Assembly (NCBI GenBank): GCA_013115125.1
Contig: JABANN010000016.1
Location: 1 to 64,000 of the forward strand
DNA: 64,000 bases
Direction of reading: 5' to 3'
Source of the DNA: Perkinsus olseni
Taxonomy: Eukaryota
The position numbers and the translations under genes are program-made. Below are positions 61,998 to 64,000 of this stretch, one piece after another; position 1 is the first letter of the stretch, and each line of letters begins with the position of its first letter. The notes under the pieces are model-generated. The model searched no databases, was not told the DNA's origin, and saw only the letters and a list, made by a program, of their open reading frames with translations.

Positions 61998-62547
61998 TTG
62001 GAGGGGAGTAATCTTACAAGCCTACGAACCAAAACCAGGCTTGAGGGGCCTTCGCGTGCTCTTCTTAGAGAGTGCGAGCCCGCGAACGCATCTCGGGATT
62101 CGAATCCAATTCAACATGCCGCGGGATCTATCCCGAAGCGGCAAAGAAATGCCGATACACCTGCCGGAAGCATTCTGGTGATAGGTCTGATAAATGTGGC
62201 GACGATCATCTCGCTCACGCTTGCGGCAATTGGATTTCCCTTGGGGAGCATATGTGGCTGTCCGTCTGATCTTGTCATCTCTGCCTTAGTCGGGGCTGTC
62301 GTGTGCGATACTTGGGGCAGCCATCATGAGCGGTAAAACTGTCATTCAAGATGCAGTGGAGTCAAAGGTAGGTGTATGATTGTGCGCAGAGATCCCGAGT
62401 ATAACAGGTTTAGGCTGCATGACAGTGTTTAGGTTACGGTCAAGACCTTCGTGAGCAATCTTAGTGGCCTTCTGCAGTTGAAGTACCAAAGAGCACAAGG
62501 AGGCTTACTTGACGGAGGCAAGACTTGCCTCTACGGTCTACTGTAGT
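61998..62547 (+). CDS. Possible small membrane protein
   Basis: Hydrophobic exon ILVIGLINVATIISLTLAAIGFPLG with plausible splice sites. Confidence 0.35.
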
Positions 62548-62667
62548 AGAAGCAGAACTCTGCTTGGACCCGTTCGTACTACGAATAGTTGATTCATACG
62601 ATGTGGAGCTTCTCACTGTCTTCTTATATTGTCGAACGATTCGGCTAAACTCCTCACCCGGGCTCAC

Positions 62668-64000
62668 ATGTGCACAACAATACTACTTCTGAATCAGATG
62701 GACCGGTGGTTTGGAGCGATCTTCAGCGTGTACTTGATGGAGCGAAGAAATGCTTCGTACAAGGGCTGATATCGAAGGCAGCATCGAGCAGCAGCGCGAG
62801 CGAGAAGAGCGGAGAAGGTGAGCCTCGCGACTTCGTCTCGAGATGGACTCAGCGAGGCCGAGTCAGCGTTGTGTCATGGACGGGCGCCATTGGTATTAAA
62901 AGTGCTCTGATAGGAGAAACCGGAAAATTGCTGTCAACAATTAAGCTAAGGATATTCTCTATGCGTAACTCTCTAAGCCGCTTGTCGACGACCGGTTGGG
63001 ATGAGCTCAGAGAGATGTGGCCGGTGATACGATACACGGTGTATGGGATGAAGTAGCTTGGACTTGTGACATGCTACCCGGCTCACCGGCCTCGCTAGCC
63101 TGATGCTTCGGCTCAAGACTTTCCCTTATTCAGCCTCGACGGACAGTGGTAATGGTGCACCGAGTGTTCGCGTTGACGAGGATGGCGAGGATTTCACCGA
63201 AGGAGCCGCCTCGAATGCGCAGATGAAGAGAGTCGTGGCCGGTTATCAGTCCATCATCAGTGCCCATGAACAGGTATGATGACGTCATTTACAGGACTCA
63301 TCCGGCCAGTCGGCGACACTAATGGGATCTCTAAAGCCGAATAAAGATGATATTCGACGAGTTCTTCGACGTTAACGGCCAGGGTCGTAGCTGTTGGGAA
63401 TTCTGGCCCCATACTTTCGCCCGCCTCAGCCTCGGCGAGGGATCCTGAGGTCCGGTGTTCTGTCTCAGGAGCTTACTGAGCTACGAAAGGAGGTGGATCG
63501 ACTTCATGCGGAGAACGACAAATTGAAGAGCTCAATACAGGTAAATAGGACCGTGGAGGGTTCTACGATTTTACGGTCTCCTGGGAGTGGGCGAGTGATG
63601 TTCTTGCGCAGGCCCAGGGCATCAAGATGACCGAAGCGGGCGACTCTGACGCTACCATGGCCCTTGTGGACAGAGTGGCGAAAAGCCTACGGGAAAAGGT
63701 GAGTCAACTAGTTGTGGAGTATCGAGAACTTCTTCGGATCAGCGTGGTTCGGGTTTCAGGTTGATGGTCTCACCAGGCAGCTGGCGGAGGCTCAGACGCA
63801 GGCAGCTTCGAAAGATGCAAATACGGTACGATGGAGCAGTCCGTGACTTGAGGATGTGGGAGTGGTGTTCGTCATGCAGTATCGGAAGCTCCTAGCAGAC
63901 GATAACGAGAGGCGGACACGGATGATGGAGGCTTTTGAGAAGAATAATAGCGACGGACCAAGTGGGAAACTTATTCTCGTTCTTGTGGATCTGATTGGAG
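62668..64000 (+). CDS. Coiled-coil protein, 3'-partial, start uncertain
   Basis: Exons ELTELRKEVDRLHAENDKLKSSIQ, VDGLTRQLAEAQ and YRKLLADDNERR bounded by GT-AG. Confidence 0.6.

Noticed and set aside
1-64000. CRISPR array, operons, rRNA or tRNA genes, intact transposon
   Set aside because: None seen. The DNA is spliceosomal-intron-containing eukaryotic sequence, and the palindromes are neither identical nor regularly spaced.

Overview
Eukaryotic, intron-rich, gene-dense genomic DNA. Most introns are ~45-60 nt GT-AG, with at least one obligatory GC-AG. A clear apicomplexan-type MORN1 and mL54 point to a myzozoan alveolate, most likely Perkinsus (inference). The order of content is as follows. 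1-5.8 kb is a pseudogene graveyard: two diverged copies of a decayed gene, a 5'-truncated mL54 copy, and an intact small secreted Cys-rich peptide gene. Then come a coiled-coil gene, MORN1 head-to-head with four tandem intronless four-TM genes, a membrane-anchored SAM methyltransferase, and a hypothetical coiled-coil gene. These are followed by two ER-targeted IPNS-like 2OG-Fe(II) oxygenases, an intronless two-domain glyoxalase, a Whirly-fold protein, and two tandem full-length ABCA transporters with gene-conversion patches. The last part holds a multi-TM + isolated voltage-sensor + degenerate cyclic-nucleotide phosphodiesterase fusion, a Kelch protein with a possibly degenerate MORC-type ATPase, and several hypothetical genes. 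The most striking signals are: (1) non-coding DNA riddled with perfect, often chained, inverted repeats with a single-base centre (arms up to 17 bp); (2) the voltage-sensor-(pseudo)PDE; (3) the Whirly-like protein. All family calls are from motif recognition by eye, with no database searches. Gene boundaries of spliced hypothetical genes are approximate.
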